In this document: one piece after another, positions 24,313 to 35,277 of the stretch
How positions within the stretch are numbered: position 1 is the stretch's first letter
Layout of the letters: every line of letters begins with the position of its first letter
Assembly (NCBI GenBank): GCA_963771175.1
Contig: CAVYSY010000003.1
Span: forward strand, 125,225-189,224
From: an uncultured delta proteobacterium
Lineage (GTDB): Bacteria; Myxococcota; Myxococcia; Myxococcales; Myxococcaceae
Direction of reading: 5' to 3'
DNA: 64,000 nucleotides
The notes under the pieces: generated by a model
Told to the model about the DNA's origin: nothing
Databases searched by the model: none
Seen by the model: the letters and a program-made list of their open reading frames with translations, nothing else
Made by a program: the position numbers and the translations under genes

Positions 24313-26251
24313 ATGCACCACAAGACCTGGGCCCTGAGAGCCGCGCTCCTCTGTGCGCTGGCACTGACAGCCTGCTTTGAACTCCCGCAGGTAGATCCGG
24401 GCGTCCCCACCACCACGCGCCCGCTGCTCAACGGCACCGTGCCGGGCAACGCCGCCGTGGCGCCCGTGAGCACGCGTATCGAGCTCAACTTCTCCACGCC
24501 CATGGACACGAGCTCCGTGATGGTGGGCGCCGTGCCCGCCATCACCCTGGGCCCCCCGACCTGGAATACCGACCAGACCCAGGTCATCTTCCAGCCGGCG
24601 GCCGAGCTCCTCCATGACACCCGTTACACCCTGACGGTGTCGGGCCGAGACCCCGCGGGCAACAACCTGGACGGGCAGAGCACCGTCACCTTCACGACCG
24701 CTCGGGAGCAGCTCGCCTCGACGCTCTCCGCGAGCACTCCCGCCCAGGACGCGACCTACGTGGCGGTGAACACGCAGGTGGTGCTCACCTTCTCCGAGCC
24801 GATGAACCCGTCACAGCTCTCGGTCGTGCTCAGCCCCGCGACCGCCAACCTGAGCAACCCGTCCTGGAGCAGCGACAACCGGACGGTGACGTTCACTCCC
24901 ACGCCCGTGCTGCGGTACGGCACCAACTACACCTTGAGCATCCAGGGCGAGGATGCCGCCGGCAACGTGCTGGCCGCCACGACGGTGGGCTTCATGACGC
25001 AGAGCCTGCCGGACACCACGCCCCCCAGCGTGCAGGGCAGCACGCCCGCCGACAACGCGCCTGGGGTGGACATCAACGCCAACCTCTCCCTCAGCTTCTC
25101 CGAAGCGATGGACACCGCGTCCACGGAGCCTGCGTTCTCCATCAATCCCAATGTCATCGGCACGCTGTCGTGGAACCAGGAGCGGACGCTGCTGACCTTC
25201 AATCCCACGGCCTCGCTCGACTACAACAAGGTCTATACGGTGACCCTGGGCACGGGCGCCATGGACGCCGCGGGCAACGCGCTGGCCTCGCCGTTCAGCG
25301 TCAAGTTCACCACCAGCAACGCCCCGGACCTGACCCGGCCGCAGGTCACCAGCTACAGCCCGAACAACACGCAGACGGGCATGAGTCGCTCGCAGAGCAT
25401 CAGCGTGACGTTCTCCGAGCCGATGGACAAGCAGTCCACCCAGAACGCCTTCACCCTCGTGAGCCCCAGCGGAATCTCCGGCACGTTCTCCTGGAGCGCC
25501 GATGGCAGGACAATGACCTTCACGCCCTCGACCCTCATCGACTACGGGACGTACCTCACCTGGCACATCTCCACCGTGGCCAGAGATGTCGCCGGCAACC
25601 CGCTGCAGGCGACAGTCGAGGCCAACTTCAGGGTCATCCAGCAGATCACCGTGGATCTGCCAACGGTGTCTGACAGTGAGGGTAGCGTTGCCTATGACAT
25701 CACCCGCCAGACCTATCCTGCCGAACGCTGTCAACGCTACCTGGACGAGTCACGGTGTGGGTCTGAGTTACAAAGCCGAGTTCTCCGGCCCGGCGCCCCA
25801 CCTTCTATCCCCAAGCAGGCAGGGCCTTCATGACGTTCGACCTGAGTCCACTTCCCGCAGGACTTACCGCCATCACGGGCGCCAATCTGAACGTCTATGT
25901 CAACAGTATCAGCAACGATCCGTTCTCCCGGTTTGGAGAGCTCAAAGATCTCGAGCGGGGATTACGGCTACACCCTCGACACAAGCGATTACGCGAACGC
26001 CACCGTCTACAGTTCCATCGACCTGGCGCCCAACCAGCACCGGTCAGAAATCCGTCGCCGTCCATTCCGCGGTTGATGCGGACTGGCGCAACCAGGGCTC
26101 TCGTGGCAAGCGCACCCAGTTCAGACTGCACTTCAACGTCCCCGACAACATCACCAGCTCCAGTCTCAATCCAGGCTTTACAGGAGTCGCCCTGGACTCC
26201 GGACGCGGAACCAACAAGCCCACCCTGAGGGTCGTCTACGAGGTTCCGTAG
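24313..26251 (+). CDS. Lipoprotein with four bacterial Ig-like (Big_5-type) domains and a divergent C-terminal domain (frameshifts after ~25700)
   Basis: Lipobox ALTAC; four copies of P...V...I.L.FS(E/T)(P/A)M(D/N)...W...F.P...L.....Y......DxAGN. Confidence 0.85.
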
Positions 26252-26392
26252 TCAGGTAAATGCCGGGTGTCCTGCCTGAGGGCCGCCTCTGCCTCCAGGG
26301 GCATTTTCGGCCCCCCAAGAGGCGACACACCCGCCACGCCTTTACCGGCTGCGGCTGGAATGGGCTCCGAGGCACTGTTAAGCCTTGGGCCC

Positions 26393-28068
26393 ATGCCGCA
26401 CGCCCGCCTCCCGCGCCTTCTCCCCGTCCTCACCCTGACGGCTTGCATCTCGGGCCCGACCACGCCCACCGGGAACGAGCCCGCAGCGACAACCCCCGTG
26501 GAGCTGGCTCCGCCCGCGGGCAACCAGTGGTACCAGCACGCCGTCTTCTACGAGGTCTTCGTCCGCAGCTTCCAGGACTCCAACGGAGACGGCAAAGGCG
26601 ACCTGCCCGGCCTCATCTCGCGCCTGGACTACCTCAACGACGGCGACCCGAACACCACCACGGACCTCGGCGTGGACGCGCTGTGGCTGATGCCCGTCTT
26701 CGACTCGCCCAGCTACCACGGCTACGACGTGATGGACTACGCGCGCATCCACCCGGACTACGGCACCGTGGAGGACTTCGAGCGGCTGCTGCACCGAAGC
26801 GCCCACCGTCGGGGCATGCGCGTCATCGTCGACCTCGTGCTCAACCACACCAGCTCGCAGCACCCGTGGTTCGTGGAGTCCGCCTCAGCTCCGGACTCGC
26901 CCAGGCGCGACTGGTACATGTGGAGCGACAAGCGACCTGGGCTGGAAGCCGCCCTGGGACATCTTCGCCTCAGGCACCACCTGGCACGCGCACAACGGCG
27001 CGTACTACTACGGCGTCTTCTGGGGCGGCATGCCGGACCTCAACCTCGAAGACGCCCGCGGTGCGCGAGGAGGTCAAGCGCATCGCCTCCTCCTGGCTGG
27101 CCAAGGGCGTGGACGGCTTCCGGCTGGACGCGGCGCGCTACCTCATCGAGACGGGCGGCGGGCTGACGAGCCAGGCCGACACGACAGAGACGCACGCCTT
27201 CTGGAAGGAGTTCGCCGCGCATGTGCGCGGGGTGAAGCCGGACGCGGTGCTGGTGGGAGAGAACTGGACCACCACGCCGCTCATCGCCACGTACTACGGC
27301 TCCACGGCCCGGGTACCCGGCGGGGACGAGCTGCCACTCAACTTCAACTTCCCCCTGGCCGAGCAGATGATGGCAGCGGCCCGGGAGGGCAACGCCACGG
27401 GCCTGGCCCTCAAGCTGGCGGAGATGCGCACCCATTACCCCGCGGGCGTGGCGGATGCGCCCTTCCTCACCAACCACGACCATGTGCGCGTGGCCACGCA
27501 GTTGGAGCAGCACGCGGGCCGGCTGGCCAACGCGGCGGCCCTGCTGCTCACCTTGCCCGGCGCGCCCTTCCTCTACTACGGCGAGGAGGTGGGCTTGGCC
27601 AATGGCACCACCCGCAACGACGAGGCCAAGCGTACGCCCATGCCCTGGAATGCCGACACGGGCGGAGGCTTCACCACCGGCTCTCCCTGGTTCTCCTTCG
27701 CCCCGGGTCGCGAGCAGTCCAACGTGGCCACGCAGGTGGGTGCCCCCAGCTCCCTGCTCTCGCGCTACCGCGCCCTCATCCACGCCCGCCACGCCTCGGT
27801 GGCCCTAGCTCGCGGGGGCCTCACCCTGCTCACCTCCACCCAGGGCCACTCGCCCACGTTCGCCTTCGTGCGCACGCTGGGCGAGGAGCGAGTGCTGGTG
27901 GTGCACAACCTCACCGACTCCTCCGTGAGGGCCGGCCCCTTCGCACTGCCGGGGGAGTCCGCCGAGGTGCTCTTCGCCGACCCCTCCGTGGGCTCACCCC
28001 TCGGGAGGGACGGGAGTTGGAGCGTCACCCTGCCCGCTCGTGCCACCGGCATCTGGCGCCTGCGGTAG
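26393..28068 (+). CDS. GH13 alpha-amylase family lipoprotein (frameshifts near 26940 and 27050)
   Basis: Lipobox [63 protein letters not shown]. Confidence 0.92.
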
Positions 28069-29029
28069 AGCGGGCGAAGCAGGCACTACCGCCGGCCATG
28101 GCGGGGCCCTCGGTCCGAGCACCTCCTCCTGACGCACGCCCTGGGGCACCAGCAGGTCCACCACGGGCGACTGACCCGGATCTCCGAGGCGCCCGCCGCC
28201 GAAGCGCTCCGCGGACACGCCCGGGCCAATGCCCAGCACCATCATCCCTTGCGGGGCGGCGTGGTGAGGCCGCCGAGGAAGGCGGGCATCTCCACCCGGC
28301 GCTCCAGCCAGGTCCCGGTGACGGCCACCGCGTAGCCCCAGGTGGCCTGGGCTTGGCCCCCGAGGAAGTCCTCCGGGACGAAGAAGGACACAGTGGGGCC
28401 GATGATGTGGATGCGCGTGGGGAAGAAGACATGCGCCGCCAACTGCCGTTCCACCTGCTCATCCACGGCGCGCACGGCCGACTCGCTCAGGGCCCCCTGC
28501 GCGCTGCTGGGCCTCCATGCGCGCCTGCTCCCGCCACAGCTTGCGCAGCACGTCGCGCGCCTCGTAGGGCCTCGGAGTGAGGACGAGGGCCTTCTCCCAG
28601 GCACTGCCCGGCGCGAGCACGAGGTTGCGGCCGGGCAGCGTGTCCGTGCGGCCCGAGCCCTCCGCGCGGTCCCTGTCCACGTACACGTCCAGGTTGAGGG
28701 TGTAGAAGCCGTGACGGGCCAGGTCCGCCACCGTGGTGCCCGCCGCGTCCACCGTGCGCCCGCGGCGGCCTGGGAATGGGCCGGGCGAAGGTGGCCTCGA
28801 AGCGCGTCCCCCCGCTCTCGGCGTACGCGCGGAAGGCCAGCACATCTAACGCGCCGGGCTGCAGGTCGTCGCGGCGCAGCGGGTAGCGCAGTTCTCCATC
28901 CCCATGGTCGTCCCCGCGCGGGTCCTCCAAGGTGAAGAGCAGCGTGTCACCCCGCGTGCCGCGCGCCTGGCAGGCGCAGGCCAGCACGGACATCAGCAGG
29001 GGCAGGGAGAGGCGGCGGAGCAGCATCAT
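27994..29029 (-). CDS. Glucodextranase-C/DOMON-like domain lipoprotein (frameshifted; 3' end approximate)
   Basis: Lipobox-like LACAC; LEDPRGDDHGDGELRYP, LNLDVYVD, LPGRNL, AWEKA, WGYAVAV, FGGG..GD...VVDLL. Confidence 0.75.
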
Positions 29030-29061
29030 GGCGGAAGTTCCTCGGGGGCCAGAAAACACGA

Positions 29062-29096
29062 GGGGCCCGGCGGGCGTCACCGCGCGCCGGGCCCCC
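29062..29096 (-). terminator. GC-rich hairpin downstream of the outer-membrane protein gene
   Basis: GGGGCCCGGCG...CGCCGGGCCCC, 11 bp inverted repeat about 20 bp past the stop. Confidence 0.6.
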
Positions 29097-29115
29097 TAGG
29101 ACTGTGGGAGGACGA

Positions 29116-31337
29116 CTAGAACTGCGCCTTCATGAACATCTTGAGACGCATGTGCTCGAAGTTGCGCGTCTCCAGGCTGTTCCAGCCACCGTAGCGGCCG
29201 GAGAAGCCACTCGAGCCCTCCGCGACGTTGTGGTCCGCGGCGATCGTCTCGTCGGCGATCTGAGGCACGAAGCCCGTGCCGAAGTCCGGCGTGAAGCTAC
29301 CAAAGGCGTACTGGCCCTCGAGACCGAACTCCACGCCCGCCAGGATGTACTTGGCCCGGAGGGAGAGCTGGTTGCGGTCGTGCTTGCCGGACACCATCTC
29401 GTGCATGTTGTACCCCTGGAGGGCGGTGTTGCCGTCCTTCAGGTCCACCAGGAACTTGGTGTAGCCCAGCGACATGTACAGGTCGTCCGTCAGCTGGTAG
29501 CCCGCGCCGATGTTGAAGCTGGTGTAGTTCAGCTCGCGATCGTCATCCGCGATGTTGTCGAAGGGCTTCCACTTGTAGCCCGTCACCCCGTCGACGGTGA
29601 TGGGGTCCGGGTTGCTGAAGTAGTCGCCAGTGCTGTTGCCCTCGCTGTACTCGCGCTTGTTGTCGGCGCACCCCGAGCCATCCGCCGCGCAGTCCCCGTC
29701 CTGGTAGGGCAGGTACTTGGCGTCGTTCAGGCGCTTGTCGTTCTCGTAGATGTACTTGACCTTGCCGAACACGTCGACGCCGCGGCCGAAGTCCAGCACG
29801 TAGCGGGCCTTGGCCACCAGGATGTGGGTCTGCTTGTCCTGGAAGGGCTGGTAGGCGCTGCGGAAGTTGTGGCCGACTCCGGTGTCCAGTTCCGCGCCCG
29901 GGTAGTCAGTGTTGGTGATGGACCGGGAGTCGTCACCCCAGGCCTGCCAGTTGGTGTTGTAGGTAATGAACGAGTACTCACCGGACAGGTCCAGCGCGCC
30001 GTTGGTGAACACCGGGTTGAGGGTCAGGCCCTGCCAGCCGATGGCCGTCTCCGCCATGGGCTCGTCGAAGTCGGTGAACTCGTTGTCCACGTTGATGGTG
30101 GCGACCTGCTGGGTCTCGTTGGTCCAACCGCCGTAGCCGATGCGGCTGGGGTTGCCCTTGAAGACGCCGTAGCCGGCATTGGAGGGACCGGGGAAGGCGA
30201 ACGAGGCGTCGTGGCCTTCGGTCAGCAGCACGTCCGACTCACGCCGGGCGGCCATGATCGACACGTAGTCGGCGCCGATGCTGAACGCCTGCGCGTTGAG
30301 AGACAGGCCGATGTCCAGCGGGTCGCTGACCGTGACGTCGAGCTTCCAGGTGTTGTCCTCCGTCTTGCCCGCCAGCACCGGCGAGTAGCCGTTGATGCCG
30401 AAGCTCTTGGGCACCCAGCGCGGATCCTTGTCGTCGGTGCCGAAGCAGTTCGTGTTCTCCGCGTGCATGTACGAGCGGTAGAAGGCAGCCGCGCACGTCC
30501 ACGGAGGAGCCGAGGTGGAGGCCGGCCTTGAGGCCGCCCACGCCGTTGCGGAAGCGCGGGTAGAGGTCCCGCCCGTTGTCCAGTGTGGAGTCCGAGGTGT
30601 TCAGCTCGTTGTCGATGGCGTACTGGAAGATGCCACCCACGTCGAACATGTCGTTGACGACGTACTTGGTCTGGAAGACGTAGGCGGCGTCCGTGGCGTG
30701 GAAGGCGCCCGTCTTGTAGTTGGGGCCGGCCCACAAGCGGGGCAGGGAGATGCCGGCCGCGTCCCACGTCAGCTTGCGCTCGAGCGCCGAGCCCTGGACG
30801 AGCACGCCGTAGGCGTTGTCGCGGTCGATGTAGCGGATACGGCCGACGACGTGCGGGTCGAACTGACCGAAGTCGTTGGCACCGATGGTGGCCGAGTCGA
30901 CGAGGTAGCCCGGCGTCAGGGTGACGGCGAGGCCACGCAGCTTGATGTACTGGTTGGAGCGCTGGTCGAACTCGCCGCAGTTACCGGCGGTGCAGTTGGC
31001 GGAGGGGCTCCCGCCGAAGCCGCCGAAGTTCGTCCAGAAGTTCTGGCTGAAGCGGCTGTGGAGGCGACCGCGCACCTCGACCGCGCTGGACAGCCGCGCG
31101 TTGAGGAGCAGCTCGAGTTCGGTGCCGATACCGTTCTCGCCGTAGCCCTCATCCGGGATGGTGGTGAAGTTGAACATCGCGCCCTGGCTGCGCTGGTTGC
31201 CGTACAGCCACTTGGTGTACGTCGTGCCGCCAATCTTGAGCGTAGGCGACCGAATCCTGGGCCATGGAAGCAGCGGGCAGCAGGGAGGCAGCGGCGGTCA
31301 GGGCAACAGCGCCCTTCCGCATGGACTTCATCTTCAT
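29116..31337 (-). CDS. Putative outer-membrane beta-barrel protein, ~740 aa (frameshifts near 30485 and 31230)
   Basis: Sec signal MKMKSMRKGAVALTAAASLLPAASMA; alternating amphipathic strands rich in G/Y/F/N/D; C-terminus RLKMFMKAQF ending in Phe. Confidence 0.75.
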
Positions 31338-31451
31338 GAGTGATTCCCCTCTCTTGGCAGCCAATACCGGGAAGGGGGCTTCCCGGCTGCCGGTGCGAGC
31401 GGTTCCTCACCGCTCGCACGGCCATCCGGCAGAAACTCGACTCTGGGAAGA

Positions 31452-32291
31452 CTACTTCTGCTCCTCGGCCACCGGCTTCTTCGCGCCGCCCACCATGGTG
31501 AGCGTGGCGGGCTTCTTCGCGGAGCCGTCCTCGGCGCACTCGTAGCTCAGCATCTCGTGCTGGGCCTTCACCTCGGAGGCGTCGCCCTTGCCCTCGCCGG
31601 CGAGCACGTCGATGGCGTGCGGATCGCAGTCGCCGTCGTTGCCGCCGCCGAAGCGGTGCTGGCCCTCGTACTCGTTCACCTTGCGGGTCAGCAGGTCATT
31701 GCCCGCGGGGAAGCCCTCGTTGGACTGCACCACCACCTGGAAGTGCCACTGCGAGGGGTCACCCTCCAGGCCGGCCAGGTCCACGGTGGAGCTCACCTTG
31801 CGGCCCGAGCCCTTGGTGCGGTTGGGGACGAGGACGTTGTCCTTGGCGGCGCCGGCCTTGTTGCCCGCCTCGGCCTTCACGCGCGCGGAGTTCTGCGGCG
31901 AGATGATGATGACCTTCTCCCAGGCGTTCGCCGGGGCGAACTTCACGTTCAGGCCGGGCAGACCCTCGGTGGAGCCGCTGCCCTCCTTGCCGTCCGTGTC
32001 GATGAAGACGAAGGCCATCTGCACGGAGAACCCGTTGCCCATCTTCCACGCGTCCTCGAGCGTGGTGTTGAAGCCCAGGGTGATGTCCGCCTTGGAGCCC
32101 TTCTTCTCGAAGGTGAAGTCCGTCAGGTCGAACGAGCCGCGCTTGTACACGGTGTCGGTCGGGTACTTGTAGCTACCCGGACCGTTGTCGTCACCGGTCG
32201 GGTCCTTGAAGGACACCTTGTCACCGGCCAGGGCGGGGGCGCCCAGGAGCGCCGCGGCCAGGGAGATCACAGCGAAACGCGAGGTCTTCAT
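31452..32291 (-). CDS. Exported stand-alone glucodextranase-C/DOMON-like domain protein
   Basis: Signal peptide; FKDPTGDDNGPGSYKYPTD...GSFDL, GFSVQMAFVFID, LPGLNV, WEK, FGGG...AIDVL. Confidence 0.85.
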   Translation of the reverse strand: MKTSRFAVISLAAALLGAPALAGDKVSFKDPTGDDNGPGSYKYPTDTVYKRGSFDLTDFTFEKKGSKADITLGFNTTLEDAWKMGNGFSVQMAFVFIDTDGKEGSGSTEGLPGLNVKFAPANAWEKVIIISPQNSARVKAEAGNKAGAAKDNVLVPNRTKGSGRKVSSTVDLAGLEGDPSQWHFQVVVQSNEGFPAGNDLLTRKVNEYEGQHRFGGGNDGDCDPHAIDVLAGEGKGDASEVKAQHEMLSYECAEDGSAKKPATLTMVGGAKKPVAEEQK

Positions 32292-32322
32292 TTGTAACTT
32301 CTCCTTGCTGAGAGAACGACGA

Positions 32323-33201
32323 CTAGCCCTTGACGCTCCCGGCGGTGAGGCCGGACACGAGGTACTTCTGGAGGAACAGGAAGAGGATGACGACGGGCAC
32401 CGAGACGATGATGGAGCCGGCGGCGAAGTAGCCCCACTGCTGCGAGAAGCCGCCCACGAAGAAGCGCAGGCCCACCGGCGCCGTGTACATCGCCTCCTGA
32501 TCCATGAAGGTCGCCGCGAGGATGAACTCGTTCCACGCGGTCATGAACGAGAAGAGCGCCGTCACCGCCACCGCCGGCTTGGCCAGCGGCAGGATGATGG
32601 TCCAGAAGATCTTCCCCACCGAGGCGCCCTCGATGAGCGCGGCCTCCTCCAGGTCCTTGGGAATGGTGTCGAAGTACCCCTTGAGCATCCACACGCTGAA
32701 GGGGATGGAGGTGGTGGCGTAGACGATCATCAGACCGAAGCGCGAGCTGCCCAGCCCCAGCCACTGCACCAGGATGATGTAGAGGGGAATGAGCATCAGC
32801 GTGCCCGGGAACATCTGGGACACGAGGAAGGCCATCATGCCCGCGCGCTGGCCCGGGAACTTGAAGCGGCTGAAGGCGTAGGCCGCGGTGCAGGCGAGGA
32901 ACACGCCCACCACCGTGGTGCCCAGCGCGATGATGGCGCTGTTGAACATCCACTGTCCGAAGGGCTGCTTCGTCATCACATCGACGAAGTTCGCGCCCGA
33001 CCACGTCTCCGGCCACGGCGTGACGGCACGCACGCGGTCCATGAACGTGGGCTCGGCGGGCAGCGTGGAGATGGCCAGGCTCTGCTTGCCCGAGAAGGCA
33101 ATCGAGATGACCCAGAGGATGGGGTAGATGGTGAAGAGGGTGAACCCCGTCAGCAGCACGTGCAGCGGCCAGTGGGGCACCCCATCGCGACGCGAGAACA
33201 T
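32323..33201 (-). CDS. malG: Maltodextrin ABC transporter permease MalG
   Basis: AAYAFSRFKF, QMFPG, KGYFDTIPKDLEEAALIEGAS, WNEFILA, FLQKYLVSGLTAGSVKG. Confidence 0.95.
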   Translation of the reverse strand: MFSRRDGVPHWPLHVLLTGFTLFTIYPILWVISIAFSGKQSLAISTLPAEPTFMDRVRAVTPWPETWSGANFVDVMTKQPFGQWMFNSAIIALGTTVVGVFLACTAAYAFSRFKFPGQRAGMMAFLVSQMFPGTLMLIPLYIILVQWLGLGSSRFGLMIVYATTSIPFSVWMLKGYFDTIPKDLEEAALIEGASVGKIFWTIILPLAKPAVAVTALFSFMTAWNEFILAATFMDQEAMYTAPVGLRFFVGGFSQQWGYFAAGSIIVSVPVVILFLFLQKYLVSGLTAGSVKG

Positions 33202-35269
33202 CAGGCGGCCTCCGTGGCGCGGGACATGCGGTTCTGCACCACGCTGTAGAGCAGCAGGATGCCGAAGATGACGGTCGAGTACGCCGCCGCGTACCCGTAG
33301 CGGTAGCGCTGGAAGGCGAACTTGTAGGCCTGGGTCACGAGGATTTCCGTCGAGTTGCCCGGCTCGCCCTCGGTCACCAGGAAGATGATGTTGAACATGT
33401 TGAAGGTCCAGACGACCGACAGGATGACGGCCGGGACCAGCGCGGGCTTGAGCGCGGGCAGGGTAATCGCGGTGAACTGCTGCCAGCGAGTGGCGCCGTC
33501 CACGCGCGCGGCCTCGTAGAGCTCCACCGGGATGGACGTCAGCGCGCCGAGCGACACCACCATCATGAAGGGGAAGCTGAGCCAGCCGTTGGTGGCCAGC
33601 GCCGTGAAGAACGAGGTGGTGGGCGTGTCGTACCAGGCGAGCGCCCTGGCCGCCGAACATCCGCAGGACGTGGTTCACCACGCCGAACTGCTGGTGGAAC
33701 ATGCCCTTCCAGATGAGCGCGGTGATGTAGTTGGGCATGGCCCACGGCAGGATGAGCAGCACGCGGTACACCGGCCGCAGCGCCAGCCCCTGCACGTTGA
33801 GCATGAGGGCCAGCACCAGGCCCACCGTCACGCCGATGGTCACGTTGGTGACCGTCCACACCACCGTGAAGAAGAGCGTGTAGTAGAAGTTGAGGTAGTT
33901 GAAGACGAGCGACCCGTCCTGCGCCCGCTTGGCGATGTTGAAGTCGCCGAGAATCTCCACGTAGTTGCGCAGGCCGACCCAGATGTCCGACAGCGGCTGC
34001 GCCGTGTTGTAGAGGTTGGAGTCGGTGAAGGACAGCGTAATCCCGTAGAAGAACGGGAAGAAGACGAGCACCACCATGCCCACCATGGCGGGGGCGATGT
34101 AGAGGTACGCGTCGCGGTACTCCACCACCGTGCTCACCGTCCGGGCCAGGCCGCCCATGCCGATGAAGAGCAGCAGCGCGAGCGACAGCACGCCCAGGGC
34201 ACCGAGCGCACGGCCCACGCCCGAGCTCAGCTCGCCCACGCGCGCGGAGACCACCGCCTCGTTCACCGCACCCTCGGGCGTGACCAGCCCGAGCGGACGG
34301 CGGAAGTGGTCCGCGTCCCAGGTGCCCGGCTGCAGCGCCGGCTCGACCGCGAGCTGACGCTCGGTCATCACGGCCTGGGCCCGCTCCGACATGGCGCGCA
34401 GTTGCCCGGCCACCACGGTCTGCGTCTGGCGCACCTCGGCGCCCAGCAGCTCTCGCGAGTAGGAGGCATAGCCGCCCAGGCCCACCGCGAGCGCCACCGC
34501 GGACACGGCGACGAGCGCGCCCTGACGGCGCACCACGAGGGACGCCGCGCCACACAGCGCCAGCGGCGCCAGGAACCACAGGAGCGCCGACCCCGTGCTC
34601 GGCTTCAGCGGGGCCGCCAGCGGGGCCGTGGCCAGCTCCACCAGGCCCACCACCGCGCCATCCACCTCCACCGGCGCGCTCAGCAGGCGCCCACCGTTGG
34701 GCAGCGCCTCGGTCTCCACCTCCACCTTGCGCGCGGAGCCCTCCTCGCGGTTCGTCTCCACCGCGGCGCGCAGTCGCTGGCCACGGTCGTAGAGGGGCTT
34801 CTCCTCGCGCGACAGCCGGCGCGGCGCCGCGCGCTCCCCCTGGTCCTCGGGGAAGGTGGAGGCCTCGAGCTGGATGCCCGAGAAGGCGATCACTCGCACC
34901 GCGCTGCCCGGCGGAAGCTGCTCCTTCCAGACGGACACCACGGCGCGCACGGAGTCACCCGAGCCCCCCGCGCGCTGGACCGAGGTCCTCCAGCGCACGC
35001 AGGGACACGAGGGCCTGTCGATCCGCGCGCTCGGTGGCGACGGTCTCCAGCGCCTGGGCCAGCAGGCCCTGGGCGAGCGCGAGGGACAGGCCGAGCGCGA
35101 GGCACAGCCCCACGAGCACCCGCACGGGGCGGAGCGCACCAGGACCCCGCGGGCCGCCCGAGGGAGACTCCGCGAGGTGGAGGGCATCGGTGGCACCGGG
35201 CTCGTCGAGCCGGTGGGCAGCGGTACCCCCGCGTTCGTCACTGGAAGGGTGTGGGGCCGTGTTGCTCAC
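33201..35269 (-). CDS. malF: Maltodextrin ABC transporter permease MalF with long N-terminal extension (frameshifts near 33645 and 34980)
   Basis: YLYIAPA, WVGLRNY, LLILPWAMP, ELYEAARVDGATRWQQFTAITLP, FNMFNIIFL. Confidence 0.9.
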
Positions 35270-35277
35270 TCAGTGCC

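Noticed and set aside
32323..35241. 972 aa MalF-MalG fusion ORF
   Set aside because: The true MalF C-terminus with the EAA motif is in ORF 33201..33566; frameshift artefact
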